Shown one piece after another: positions 10,282 through 19,431 of a stretch of DNA of 64,000 bases. A program made the translations under genes and the position numbers. The stretch spans positions 3,418 through 67,417 of the IMG/VR virus record IMGVR_UViG_3300033069_001639; one strand, written 5' to 3'. Position 1 is the first letter of the stretch; every line of letters starts with the position of its first letter. The stretch comes from a virus (taxonomy: Duplodnaviria; Caudoviricetes). The notes below the pieces were generated by a model. It did no database searches. It was not told where the DNA came from and worked only from the letters and a program-made list of their open reading frames with translations.

Positions 10282-11086
10282 GCACGAAATCATCGCCGAC
10301 ATCGAGCGGCGACAGCGTGAAGCGGCGGCTGCGGCGCCAGCCACAATCACGGTTGCGAAGTTGCTGCGGGCGCCACCCAAGGCACTTTCGGCCAGTGAAA
10401 TCGCCATTCGCGATGCCGAGATCGCCGATCGCGAACGTCGACGACATCAGCAGTTGCTTACCGAGCGATGGAATGAGTTCATCGGCGTGCGAGGCCAGCG
10501 GTACAAAACCGCAACGCTGGGCAACTTCACGGCGACCGAGCAAAAGCAGGCCGATGCGATCGTTGCACTGACCGAGTATCGCGACACGTTGCCGATTCGC
10601 ATTGCCGAAGGCGAGGGCGTGGTGTTATTCGGGCCAAAGGGTACCGGCAAAGATCACCTACTGGTCGCGCTTGCTCGCGCCGCCATCATCGCTGGGTTCC
10701 GCGTGACGTGGCAAAACGGCATGGATCTCTTCGGTGAAATGCGGGACCGCATCGACTCGCAGGATTCCGAACGGGCGTTTGTGAACCGGTTCATTTACCC
10801 AGACATCCTGTACCTCAGCGACCCGGTACCGCCGATCGGAAGTCTGACCGAGTTTCAGGCCGCGATGATGTTTCGGATTTTGGACGCACGGTATTCCCGA
10901 CAGAAGCCGACCTGGTGCAGCGTCAACGTCAGCAAGGGCAGCGAACTTGATGCCCGCATGGGATCGCAGAACGTCGACCGTCTGCGGCATGGCGCCTTGT
11001 CGATTCACTGCGATTGGCCAAGTTACCGCGCAGTTGCGAAGCATGTGACCGGCCAACCACTTCCGCGAAAGGAGTCAACCCCATGA
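10268..11086 (+). CDS. DnaC/IstB-like helicase loader ATPase
   Basis: GPKGTGKDHL Walker A, ILDARYS and VDRL motifs. Confidence 0.85.
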   Translation: MELSEHEIIADIERRQREAAAAAPATITVAKLLRAPPKALSASEIAIRDAEIADRERRRHQQLLTERWNEFIGVRGQRYKTATLGNFTATEQKQADAIVALTEYRDTLPIRIAEGEGVVLFGPKGTGKDHLLVALARAAIIAGFRVTWQNGMDLFGEMRDRIDSQDSERAFVNRFIYPDILYLSDPVPPIGSLTEFQAAMMFRILDARYSRQKPTWCSVNVSKGSELDARMGSQNVDRLRHGALSIHCDWPSYRAVAKHVTGQPLPRKESTP

Positions 11087-11652
11087 ACCTCAAAGCCAAA
11101 GAGTTCGAAGAAGTCTGCCTCTATCGGATGCGCGAGCACGAGAAACGTGGCGAGGCCACGATGTCGCGCTATGGTGTGCAGGGTAACTTCATCGACGGCA
11201 ACTGGCAGCCGGTGCAAAGCCTGCCCGATTTCGAAGGGCTTGTCGCTGGTCGCCAGTTCATCACGGACTGCAAGGTTTGCTCGCAGGCATCGTTCCCGCT
11301 TGACGACGACAAGTTCAAGAGGCGGCAGTTGCGGCACATGCTGACCCGCGCGAAGTTCGGTGCGATTTGCTTTCTGTTGATCCACTTCAACCCGCGCGAG
11401 TTGACCAAGGGCGTTGTGCCGGCATCGACCTGGGCGTTTCCGGTTTTCGCGGACCATCCGCTGTGGGTCGCGTTTGATCGATCGGAGACGAAACGGATTC
11501 GACCAGCGGACTGCGAAGAGTACGCGGCTCGCGTGGAATGGAACACGTTGCCTGGTGGACGAACGGAGCGCCCGGATCTTTTGGCGGCTGTGCTGCGGCT
11601 GGCGGAAGGGATTGCACCGCGTGCGGCGGAGCATCAGGCGTCGTTCATTTGA
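11083..11652 (+). CDS. RecU-like Holliday junction resolvase/nuclease
   Basis: PDFEG...ITDCK, GAICFLLIHF pattern. Confidence 0.55.
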   Translation: MNLKAKEFEEVCLYRMREHEKRGEATMSRYGVQGNFIDGNWQPVQSLPDFEGLVAGRQFITDCKVCSQASFPLDDDKFKRRQLRHMLTRAKFGAICFLLIHFNPRELTKGVVPASTWAFPVFADHPLWVAFDRSETKRIRPADCEEYAARVEWNTLPGGRTERPDLLAAVLRLAEGIAPRAAEHQASFI

Positions 11653-11721
11653 GGTCAGGATCGAGGTTATCGCGTAGGTAGGATTCGGGGCGATTTTTCG
11701 GAGTTTTAAGAAAGGGATCAC

Positions 11722-11991
11722 ATGAGTGCAATACCAACAATTCGAGACAACCCAAGCGGCCTGCATCAGCGATACACCGTCACGAAAAACAACGGCGAGC
11801 CAACTGACCCGATGGCCACCTATTTCGTTCTGCGGCTTGATCACTTCGGGCGCGATGGATTGCATATCGCAGCTTGTCGTGCGGCTGCTCGCGCTTATGC
11901 GGATTTCGTTACGTCGGGCGAGGCTCCCCACCTTGCGAAGGTTGGCGAGCAGTTGCGAACAGTGGTTGATAATCTCGAATCAATGTCGTGA
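11722..11991 (+). CDS. Hypothetical protein
   Basis: SD AAGGGA; YFVLRLD...AARAYA motif. Confidence 0.6.
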   Translation: MSAIPTIRDNPSGLHQRYTVTKNNGEPTDPMATYFVLRLDHFGRDGLHIAACRAAARAYADFVTSGEAPHLAKVGEQLRTVVDNLESMS

Positions 11992-12015
11992 AGTTTTCTA
12001 GGAGCAAGTGATACA

Positions 12016-12447
12016 ATGCCCGAACCCACCCCCGTCAGCCGCGAACCCGAAAGGGGATTTGGGGCCGGTGTGCCCAAAGGACCGGAATGCCCGCACTGCG
12101 GCAAGGAATTCTCGAAGCTCAAGGGCGGGAAGATCCCAACTCACGATTTTCCGCCGCCGTGCCGATCGGTGTGCCGCGGTTCTGGGCAATCGCCGCGTAC
12201 AAAGGATGCCCCGCTTTGGAAAGACGATCCGAAGCAAGAGGGCCGCGACGCGCGGAAGGCGATGCGGCTTGAGTTGCTGATCTATGGCTTTGCTGCTGCA
12301 AAAGCGTTGGCCGAGATGGACGGCGAACAATCGGGCACGATGGAATGTCCGCTCTGTTTGAAGCAGCTGAAATTCTCGGTGGCCAAGTCAAACCGGCACA
12401 TGGCGGCACGCTGCGAAACGTCCGGTTGCATCAACATGACGGAGTGA
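12016..12447 (+). CDS. Cys-rich hypothetical protein (putative zinc-binding)
   Basis: CPHC, CRSVC, CPLC and CETSGC. Confidence 0.6.
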   Translation: MPEPTPVSREPERGFGAGVPKGPECPHCGKEFSKLKGGKIPTHDFPPPCRSVCRGSGQSPRTKDAPLWKDDPKQEGRDARKAMRLELLIYGFAAAKALAEMDGEQSGTMECPLCLKQLKFSVAKSNRHMAARCETSGCINMTE

Positions 12448-12449
12448 AT

Positions 12450-13016
12450 ATGAACTTCTCCCCCATCTACAGCCGCTGCCCCGTGATCCGTACCGAGCGC
12501 ATGACGCTTTGGCAGCAAGTGCAGGTCGCCGGTGCAACTCGCATGATCTCCTTCGAGCGCGAGATCATCTGGCTGCGCGAATCCGAAACGGAGATGGTGC
12601 TCGAACATCGCGGGGAACACGTCGCCGGTCTCTGCACGTTGGGCGATCACGGCGGGTTTATGACCAGCCTGGAAATTGCCGTTCGTGAGTCCAAACGCTT
12701 TCGCGAGCAGTACAAGATCGAGCCAGGCGATTCGCTGCAGATCACGGCCATTGTCATTGTCAAAGATCGGCCGGTAGCTGCGGACACATCGGACGAAGCC
12801 GCGAACTGGAACGCGGGCCACGAAGTCAAGCAGTATCGCTACGTCGAGAAGGACTGGTTCACCAGCGAGCATTTCAGCAAGGAAACCGGCTGGTCGCGTC
12901 TGGAGCCCGTCGAGGTCGACTCGCTGAGGCTCAACATCACCGACGGCAAGTTGGGCCGTGCTGCGAAGTGGATCGCGAAGATGCGGGAGAAGGCCGCGGC
13001 GGTCGCGGTCACTTAA
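12450..13016 (+). CDS. Hypothetical protein
   Basis: ORF downstream of GGAG. Confidence 0.55.
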   Translation: MNFSPIYSRCPVIRTERMTLWQQVQVAGATRMISFEREIIWLRESETEMVLEHRGEHVAGLCTLGDHGGFMTSLEIAVRESKRFREQYKIEPGDSLQITAIVIVKDRPVAADTSDEAANWNAGHEVKQYRYVEKDWFTSEHFSKETGWSRLEPVEVDSLRLNITDGKLGRAAKWIAKMREKAAAVAVT

Positions 13017-13067
13017 CAATTCCGCCCGAAAACGACGGATTACTGAATAGCTTGGAGCGTGTTAAGG

Positions 13068-13427
13068 ATGAACGTCATCGAAATCGTAAAGGCCCTTCGC
13101 CAATACCGAATCCGCTTCGGCACTGAAGCGTTTATGCACGCCGACGTCGCTCGCGTACTGAACCAACTTGATCAGCTGCATGTCTGCGAGGAGCCACTAT
13201 CGGCAGCCGACCGAATCGACTTCTATTTGCCGGACACTCACTGCGGCATCGAATGCAAGGTTGCTGGCGGGCCATCGGAAGTTCTCGCACAACTGCTCCG
13301 TTACGCGAACTCACCGAGTATCGAGCATCTCATTTTGGTGACATCGCGACGCACTCATCAGTTCGAACAAACCACTTTGGCAGGAAAGCCATTTGCGGTC
13401 GTCTACTGTGGAGCAGGTGGAATCTAA
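13068..13427 (+). CDS. PD-(D/E)XK-like nuclease
   Basis: RIDF...GIECK...QLLRYA; coupled to the SNF2 helicase. Confidence 0.65.
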   Translation: MNVIEIVKALRQYRIRFGTEAFMHADVARVLNQLDQLHVCEEPLSAADRIDFYLPDTHCGIECKVAGGPSEVLAQLLRYANSPSIEHLILVTSRRTHQFEQTTLAGKPFAVVYCGAGGI

Positions 13428-15112
13428 TGCACGTTGCACCCGAAAAAACGTATGGTCGTCTTTGGCTCGATGGAGACGATTGGCACTTGCAGTGCGAGCC
13501 TCACGTTGCGTTGATGGCCAAGCGGATCTTCCAGCGGATTGACAAGGGATCCGCGGGGACTCTCAAGATTAAACATAGCGATTCGGTGGCCCGCGATCTC
13601 GAATGGTTCGTGCAGCGGTACCCATTGCAGATCGAGAGCCTGGCTGATTTGACCGCGGCGTCGCGACGTCATCAAGACAAAATCCTCACACTTAATCAGA
13701 TCCTCGGCGGTGAATACAAGCCACGGACGTTCAAGCTGGCGTTGCCGCCGCGTGACTATCAATCGGTAGCTGCCGAGCTTTATACCGCTCAGGGCTACTT
13801 GCTGCTCGGCGACGACGTTGGAATTGGCAAGACGGTATCGGCGATTGCCGCACTACGCGACTCGCGCACGTTGCCGGCGTGCATTGTGACACTCGCTCAC
13901 TTGCCGCGGCAGTGGGAGAAAGAAATCAATCGTTTCGCGCCGGACCTGTTCACGCACGTGCTGAAGAAGGGAACGCCGTACGAGCTGCCAATGCGCAAAG
14001 GCCGCCGGCCGGACGTGCTGATTACCAACTATCACAAACTCACTGGCTGGGCAGACGTGCTGGCGTCTTACTGCAAGAGCGTCACATACGATGAAATTCA
14101 AGAGCTTCGGCATAGCGGAACGAACCGATACACCGCCGCTAAACACATTTCATGGTCCGCCGATTTTTGCCTCGGTCTCTCCGCAACGCCGATCTACAAC
14201 TATGGCGGCGAGATTTTCAACGTGCTGAATGCCATCAAGCCGGGCCTTCTCGGTACAGCGGATGAATTCTACCGCGAGTGGTGCACGTCGCTGGGCAATG
14301 GCAAATACAAGATCAGGGAGCCGCACGCGTTCGGTTCGCACCTGCGCGAGCAGCACATCATGCTTCGGCGAACCCGCAGCGACGTCGGTCGCGAATTGCC
14401 GCCGATGCAAAAGATCGTTCAGGAAGTCGACTCAGACACCAAGGCCTTCGAAGCGATCGAAGATGCTGCGAGCGAACTCGCGAGAATCATTCTTTCCCGC
14501 GGTGAAGACTCAAACTTTGCGAAGATGCAAGCCGCTGAAGAATTCAACTCGTTGATGCGGCAAACGACCGGCATTGCCAAGGCCCCCCACGTCGCTGCGT
14601 TTGTGAAGATGCTTATCGAAAGCGGCGAATCAGTCGTGTTGTTTGGCTGGCATCGGGCCGTTTATGAAATCTGGAAAGCGCGCCTCGCGGAATTCGAGCC
14701 AGCGATCTATACAGGCAGCGAGTCAGTCACGCAGAAACAGGCCGCAGCCGAGCGATTCACGAGCGGCCAAACGAAGTTGCTGATCTTATCCCTTCGCAGT
14801 GGTGCTGGTCTCGATGGCCTGCAGCACTGCTGCCGAACCACGGTGCACGGCGAACTTGATTGGAGCCCAGGCGTTCACGAGCAAAACATTGGCCGAGTCT
14901 TTCGAGATGGCCAAAAGGATCCGGTGATCTCGTACTTTTTGCTGGCCGATTCTGGGAGTGATCCAATCATCGCCGAAACGCTTGGCCTCAAGCGCGAACA
15001 GATCGAAGGCATCCGCGACGCTGGAAAGGCGGCTGACCTTGAGCGACTGAGTCGCGACGAGGCCGGTATCAAAAAGCTGGCTGAAGCCTATTTAGCGAGG
15101 AAGAGAACGTAA
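13427..15112 (+). CDS. SNF2-family helicase
   Basis: DDVGIGKT, YDEIQ, LSATP, GLDGLQ, EQNIGRVFRDGQ. Confidence 0.92.
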   Translation: MHVAPEKTYGRLWLDGDDWHLQCEPHVALMAKRIFQRIDKGSAGTLKIKHSDSVARDLEWFVQRYPLQIESLADLTAASRRHQDKILTLNQILGGEYKPRTFKLALPPRDYQSVAAELYTAQGYLLLGDDVGIGKTVSAIAALRDSRTLPACIVTLAHLPRQWEKEINRFAPDLFTHVLKKGTPYELPMRKGRRPDVLITNYHKLTGWADVLASYCKSVTYDEIQELRHSGTNRYTAAKHISWSADFCLGLSATPIYNYGGEIFNVLNAIKPGLLGTADEFYREWCTSLGNGKYKIREPHAFGSHLREQHIMLRRTRSDVGRELPPMQKIVQEVDSDTKAFEAIEDAASELARIILSRGEDSNFAKMQAAEEFNSLMRQTTGIAKAPHVAAFVKMLIESGESVVLFGWHRAVYEIWKARLAEFEPAIYTGSESVTQKQAAAERFTSGQTKLLILSLRSGAGLDGLQHCCRTTVHGELDWSPGVHEQNIGRVFRDGQKDPVISYFLLADSGSDPIIAETLGLKREQIEGIRDAGKAADLERLSRDEAGIKKLAEAYLARKRT

Positions 15113-15158
15113 CCTGCCCACCGCAACTGAACGCGGGCCACAGACGACGGAGCGAATT

Positions 15159-15317
15159 ATGAAACGGAAGTCCTACGAGCGGAGGCTGCGCGCCGAAACC
15201 GTTCGCATCAACGGCTGCCCGGTGATTTTCTATAAATGCCCCAAGAGACGGAAATGGTGTTGGCGCGCGATCGGGGGGCGGGTGCAGCTGAAGAAGGGAA
15301 AGCCAAGATGCCCGTAA
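15159..15317 (+). CDS. Small basic hypothetical protein (52 aa)
   Basis: Hand-translated MKRKSYERRLRAETVRINGCPVIFYKC...; SD GGAG. Confidence 0.4.
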   Translation: MKRKSYERRLRAETVRINGCPVIFYKCPKRRKWCWRAIGGRVQLKKGKPRCP

Positions 15318-15421
15318 CGTTTATCAACCCGTACTATTGGCAAAACAATGGTAACTATCCATTTGACTCATCACGACTTAGGACGATTGCTGGAAATTTT
15401 GGCATTTTCTTTCCAATACGC

Positions 15422-15449
15422 TTGACACATCACCGAATACAGCTATAGT
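15422..15449 (+). promoter_or_regulatory. Sigma70-like promoter inside the IS left end
   Basis: TTGACA-16 nt-TATAGT. Confidence 0.5.
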
Positions 15450-15501
15450 TATACGCATGACGCATCACTTGATGCGGCACAACAACACAAGGGTAACGAC
15501 A

Positions 15502-15825
15502 ATGACCACCACTCAGAAGATTTACATTTACAACGAAAATTGCACGATGAAGGGCCGCATCTGCCACGGAAATTCCCACTACGAAGACTTGGCAGACTTT
15601 GGCGACGTGAGCCTGTTTGGTGAAGGAACCGATGAAGAACTGATCGCTCAGGCTCTGGATGAATTGGCTAACCGCTACGATTTCCGATCTGGCGGTGCTC
15701 GCGACAGTTTCCGCTGGCGCTGTGCTCGCGAAGTGCTTCGCTATCTTGACGGGCCGAAGGTCGAATACAGCGAAGAGGAACGGGTCTACCTGCCGGTCGT
15801 TGAAGAAGTCGAAGAGGCTGAATAA
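15502..15825 (+). CDS. IS passenger hypothetical protein 1
   Basis: Acidic ORF inside the TIRs. Confidence 0.6.
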   Translation: MTTTQKIYIYNENCTMKGRICHGNSHYEDLADFGDVSLFGEGTDEELIAQALDELANRYDFRSGGARDSFRWRCAREVLRYLDGPKVEYSEEERVYLPVVEEVEEAE

Positions 15826-16079
15826 TGGAAATCCTGCTTTGGAACTGGCCTGCCGGCGACGAATCGGCATGGCAGGCTTTGGTTGGCGGCGTGATGACAC
15901 ACGCTCAATATCAAACCACGCTTGCTGCGGTGCAGGCTGATCAAGAGCGGCAAGGGCGAACCGTTCGCCGCGTGAGCATGACGGTTGCCGCGATGCGAGC
16001 GGCCCTAACAAAACACAATCTGCAAAACACGCCAGACGGTCGCGCTGCGGCCTTGGCTCTTGAGGGGACAAATGCCTGA
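15825..16079 (+). CDS. IS passenger hypothetical protein 2
   Basis: Coupled to passenger 1 and to the transposase. Confidence 0.6.
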   Translation: MEILLWNWPAGDESAWQALVGGVMTHAQYQTTLAAVQADQERQGRTVRRVSMTVAAMRAALTKHNLQNTPDGRAAALALEGTNA

Positions 16080-17040
16080 CACTCCGCAAACCTTGATGGA
16101 AGCAGTCCGCTATTACGCCGATCCGAAGGTCTGCTTTGAAACCATGCTGGCCGTGAAGTGGCCAGACGGAAAGATCGTCTGCCCGAAGTGCGGAGGCGAT
16201 GCAGTTGGCGTCGTCGCATCGCGGTCCCTGCTGCAATGCAAGGCGAAGGGGTGCCGCAAGCAATTCAGCGTGAAGGTCGGCACGATCTTCGAAGATAGCC
16301 CTCTCGGCCTGGACAAGTGGTTTGTCGCAGTCTGGTGCATTGCCAACGCAAAGAACGGAATCAGCAGTCTGGAACTGTCGCGAGCGCTGGGAGTTCGCCA
16401 GCCCACTGCGTGGTTCATGCTCCACCGGATTCGGCTCGCGATGCGAACTAAGACCTTCCGCAAGCTCAGCGGAACAGTCGAGGGCGACGAAACATTCATC
16501 GGCGGCAAGGCGAAGAATATGCACAAGAGCCGCCGTGAGAAGCTGATTCGCGGTCGCGGTGCTGTGAACAAGGCAATCATCCAAGGGCTGCTGGAGCGTG
16601 GCGACAGCGATAGTGTGAGCGAGTTCCGCGGCTGGGTGGTTCGCGATACATCGGCAGAGGAAATGCTGCCAAACATCACCCAGAACGTTTACCCAGAATC
16701 CACGATCTACACCGACGCCGCGCCCGCGTACAGCGAGTTGGGCGCTGGCTACTTCCACAAGTGGGTTGACCACATCGGCGAGTACGTTCGCGGGCGTGTT
16801 CACGTCAACGGCATTGAGAACTTTTGGTCGCTGCTCAAGCGAATGCTGCGAGGCACTTACGTTGCCGTCGCCAAGTTCCACCTTGAGCGGTATTTGGACG
16901 AACAAGCGTTTCGGTTCAATCTTCGCGATTTGAACGACGCAGGCCGCTTCCGGCGCGTGCTGGCTGCGGTAGTTGGCAAGAGGCTCACTTACCGGCTGCT
17001 CACCGCCCAGGGTGACGCCGGCTTTATGGGGATTCGCTAA
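16072..17040 (+). CDS. tnp: IS1595-family DDE transposase
   Basis: N-terminal CPKC...CKAKGC zinc ribbon, VEGDETFIGG, YTD, HVNGIENFWSLLKR, YLDEQAFRFN. Confidence 0.95.
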   Translation: MPDTPQTLMEAVRYYADPKVCFETMLAVKWPDGKIVCPKCGGDAVGVVASRSLLQCKAKGCRKQFSVKVGTIFEDSPLGLDKWFVAVWCIANAKNGISSLELSRALGVRQPTAWFMLHRIRLAMRTKTFRKLSGTVEGDETFIGGKAKNMHKSRREKLIRGRGAVNKAIIQGLLERGDSDSVSEFRGWVVRDTSAEEMLPNITQNVYPESTIYTDAAPAYSELGAGYFHKWVDHIGEYVRGRVHVNGIENFWSLLKRMLRGTYVAVAKFHLERYLDEQAFRFNLRDLNDAGRFRRVLAAVVGKRLTYRLLTAQGDAGFMGIR

Positions 17041-17186
17041 TGGTTCGGAAGCCTGAAGGTGTGAACGAAACGGAATCGCTACTTCGCAAACTGGTTCAAG
17101 TCCCCAAGCATGAGCTTGCTGCTGAAGTGGAGAAAGACAAGCGAAAGCCCAAAAAACGGGCAGCCAAGCGGAAGAAAAAATCATAA
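17040..17186 (+). CDS. Small Lys-rich IS accessory ORF (48 aa)
   Basis: MVRKPEG...LLRKLVQVPKHE...KKKS*; coupled to the transposase stop. Confidence 0.55.
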   Translation: MVRKPEGVNETESLLRKLVQVPKHELAAEVEKDKRKPKKRAAKRKKKS

Positions 17187-17541
17187 GTCACCTTGATGAG
17201 TCAAGTGGATAGTTACCAAAACAATTGGGGAGTGTTTGTTGTCATTCGCAGCAGCGACGGCAAAGTTGTAGCCCGATTCGATAACGAACATGACGCCTAC
17301 TCAAAGTGCCTGGAGCTCGCACGATCCGATCGAATTGAGTGGCAGACAAAGCCCGTCACAGGTTTGACAGAACCCCCGCCTTCGGTATGATGCGAGAAGA
17401 CTTTACGGGGTCGGGGGTCAATTCCGCCCTGTATCAAAATAGCGCCTGGTGCACGGGCGCACGTACACATCCAAGTTGTGGCGTGCGCTTGTCTCTTGAG
17501 TGAATATCAGGCCACGCCGCGGCTCTTTCCGCGGAGTTCTT

Positions 17542-17934
17542 ATGTCGGCCTCCTATCTGCAGATCCTCGTCGCCCTCACGACCTACGCCGTTTCACATCC
17601 AGCCGCTTTCGCCCAACTCTGGCAAGCGCTCGTGAATCTCTGGCAGGCCGGTCAACAGGCCGCTGCGACCATCGTCGAGCAGTTCAACGATGCCACGGCC
17701 GCCTTGCCGCGCGACGCTGGCGAGTTGATCGAGGTCACGCCGGAAGTGCTCGCCGCCGAGGGGAACTTCGAAAAGGCTCTGGCGAATGTCCCCACCCCCC
17801 GCGCCAGCACTCGCGGCATCTTCGCCCAGGGCAACGGCAACTTCCGCAAGATCCTCGGCCAGCTGATGAGCTCGCCGCTCGGCCAGGTCCTGCTGCAACA
17901 GCTGCTCGCGAAGATCGGCAGCGCGGCCTCGTAA
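17542..17934 (+). CDS. Helical, possibly membrane-associated hypothetical protein
   Basis: SD GGAG; hydrophobic or amphipathic N- and C-terminal helices. Confidence 0.65.
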   Translation: MSASYLQILVALTTYAVSHPAAFAQLWQALVNLWQAGQQAAATIVEQFNDATAALPRDAGELIEVTPEVLAAEGNFEKALANVPTPRASTRGIFAQGNGNFRKILGQLMSSPLGQVLLQQLLAKIGSAAS

Positions 17935-17983
17935 CGGCAAGGGCTTGTGTCAGGGGTTCCCTCGCAACGTCAAGGGTTCGGCG

Positions 17984-18889
17984 ATGGCTAATCACGGCTT
18001 GTTCATCGGGATCAACTACACCGGGAGCGGCAACGCGCTGCGTGGTTGCATCAATGACGCGCGGAACTGGCTCGCCTTCTTCGGCCCGTTCTGTGCCAGC
18101 GTCAAGGAACTGCTCGAGCAATCCGCCACCAAGGCCGGCATGGTTGTCGCGATCAGCGAGGTCCTCGGCAAGCTCAAGGCCGATGATACGGCCATCGTCA
18201 CGTTTTCGGGGCATGGCACCTACATTCCGGATCGGTCCGGCGACGAAGACGACCGGCGGGATGAAGCTCTCTGCCCGTTTGACCTCAACATGAACTTGCT
18301 GCTGGATGACGAGCTCCGCGACCTGCTGGCCAATCGTGCGGCCGGTTCGCGCGTGTTGATCATCACGGACTGCTGCCATTCCGGCACGATGACGAGAGGC
18401 ATCGGCGCGGATTCCCCGGAACTGCTCCCATCGCCGCGTTACGTCGACTTCGCTTCGCTGACGGGCTGCATGTGTCCCAATGATGTCGATCGGATCACGC
18501 GCAAGGCTCGCGAGTTCCGCAAGCGACGACGGCATGCAAAGGCTGCAGAGCCAGCCATGAACATTGTTCACCTCGCCGGCTGCCTGGACACCGAGGTCAG
18601 CTATGACGCCACGATCGGCGGTCTGCCCTGCGGAGCGTTCACGTATTACGCGCTGGCCGCGCTGAAGGCCCGGCAGACCAAGGGGCTGACCTTCGGTGAA
18701 TGGCGCGATGCCGTGACGCCGGTTCGGCTGCCCAGCAAATACTACCCGCAGACGCCGGTTTTTAACGGGCCGATGTCGCTGGTTGTGCCGGGATTTGAGC
18801 CGGTGATCTCGCCGCCGGTTCCTGCCCAGGGCGAAGTCGTTCGATATGTGCTGGGCGGCAAAACGTTCGAAGTGAGGGAGGTGAAGTGA
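17984..18889 (+). CDS. Metacaspase/orthocaspase (peptidase C14)
   Basis: IGINY...LRGCINDA, FSGHG (His), DCCHSG (Cys), GAFTYY, QTP. Confidence 0.93.
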   Translation: MANHGLFIGINYTGSGNALRGCINDARNWLAFFGPFCASVKELLEQSATKAGMVVAISEVLGKLKADDTAIVTFSGHGTYIPDRSGDEDDRRDEALCPFDLNMNLLLDDELRDLLANRAAGSRVLIITDCCHSGTMTRGIGADSPELLPSPRYVDFASLTGCMCPNDVDRITRKAREFRKRRRHAKAAEPAMNIVHLAGCLDTEVSYDATIGGLPCGAFTYYALAALKARQTKGLTFGEWRDAVTPVRLPSKYYPQTPVFNGPMSLVVPGFEPVISPPVPAQGEVVRYVLGGKTFEVREVK

Positions 18890-19416
18890 TGGACGCTGAC
18901 GTTGTTGGCGGATTTCCAATTGCCGACCCGAATTGCAAGGGCTGCGGCAAACCACTGCTGATTGAAAACGCCTGGATGACCGATGGTTGTCCATGCAATA
19001 CGCCACTCGGTGTAAACAGCATGAACGAAACTCGCTGGCGGTTGCTTCAGCAGCTTCAGCAGCAACAGGCGCACGAACTGGAGTCCATCAGGACAGAACT
19101 GGCGCACATGCGAGATACCGATGCCGTTCAGGATCGACAGGCACTGCTTGAGAATGTAGCAGCGCTGTCGCGAGAACTTGAAACACTCAAGGCTGCCGGG
19201 GAGTCGGCACTTGCCTTTTTGAAGCGAGCTGCATTCAACGAACATCGCATCGTTTCGTCGGGCGACTTGACGCCGATGCAAATCACAGAAGCGCAGGCCC
19301 GCAAGTTGTTCTATGTCGAACCGGGCGGCGGTCTTGGCTGGGCGCTGGTGCCGTGGGAGTTAACGACTCCCAAGGATCGCAAGCGCGAAGAAGAGTATTT
19401 CGCGAACAAAAAGTAG
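18886..19416 (+). CDS. Hypothetical protein (Cys motif plus coiled coil)
   Basis: CKGC...CPC; GTGA overlap. Confidence 0.6.
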   Translation: MMDADVVGGFPIADPNCKGCGKPLLIENAWMTDGCPCNTPLGVNSMNETRWRLLQQLQQQQAHELESIRTELAHMRDTDAVQDRQALLENVAALSRELETLKAAGESALAFLKRAAFNEHRIVSSGDLTPMQITEAQARKLFYVEPGGGLGWALVPWELTTPKDRKREEEYFANKK

Positions 19417-19431
19417 GCCGGAGCGCCCGGC

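Larger units (their letters stand above)
15350..17217 (+). mobile_element. IS1595-family element carrying passenger genes
   Basis: 24-bp TIRs at 15350-15373 and 17194-17217 (1 mismatch); 8-bp TSD AAAACAAT at 15342-15349 and 17218-17225. Confidence 0.95.
15308..17390 (+). pseudogene. Small gene split by the IS1595 insertion
   Basis: Removing the IS and one TSD copy gives the continuous ORF MPVTFINPYYWQNN|WGVFVVIRSSDG...PPSV*. Confidence 0.65.

Noticed and set aside
15430-17184. 584-aa minus-strand ORF spanning the IS
   Set aside because: Shadow of the transposase and passenger genes
18366-18386. DCCHSG as a heme-binding motif; CGRCG near 21368 likewise
   Set aside because: The first is the caspase catalytic Cys motif; neither is CxxCH
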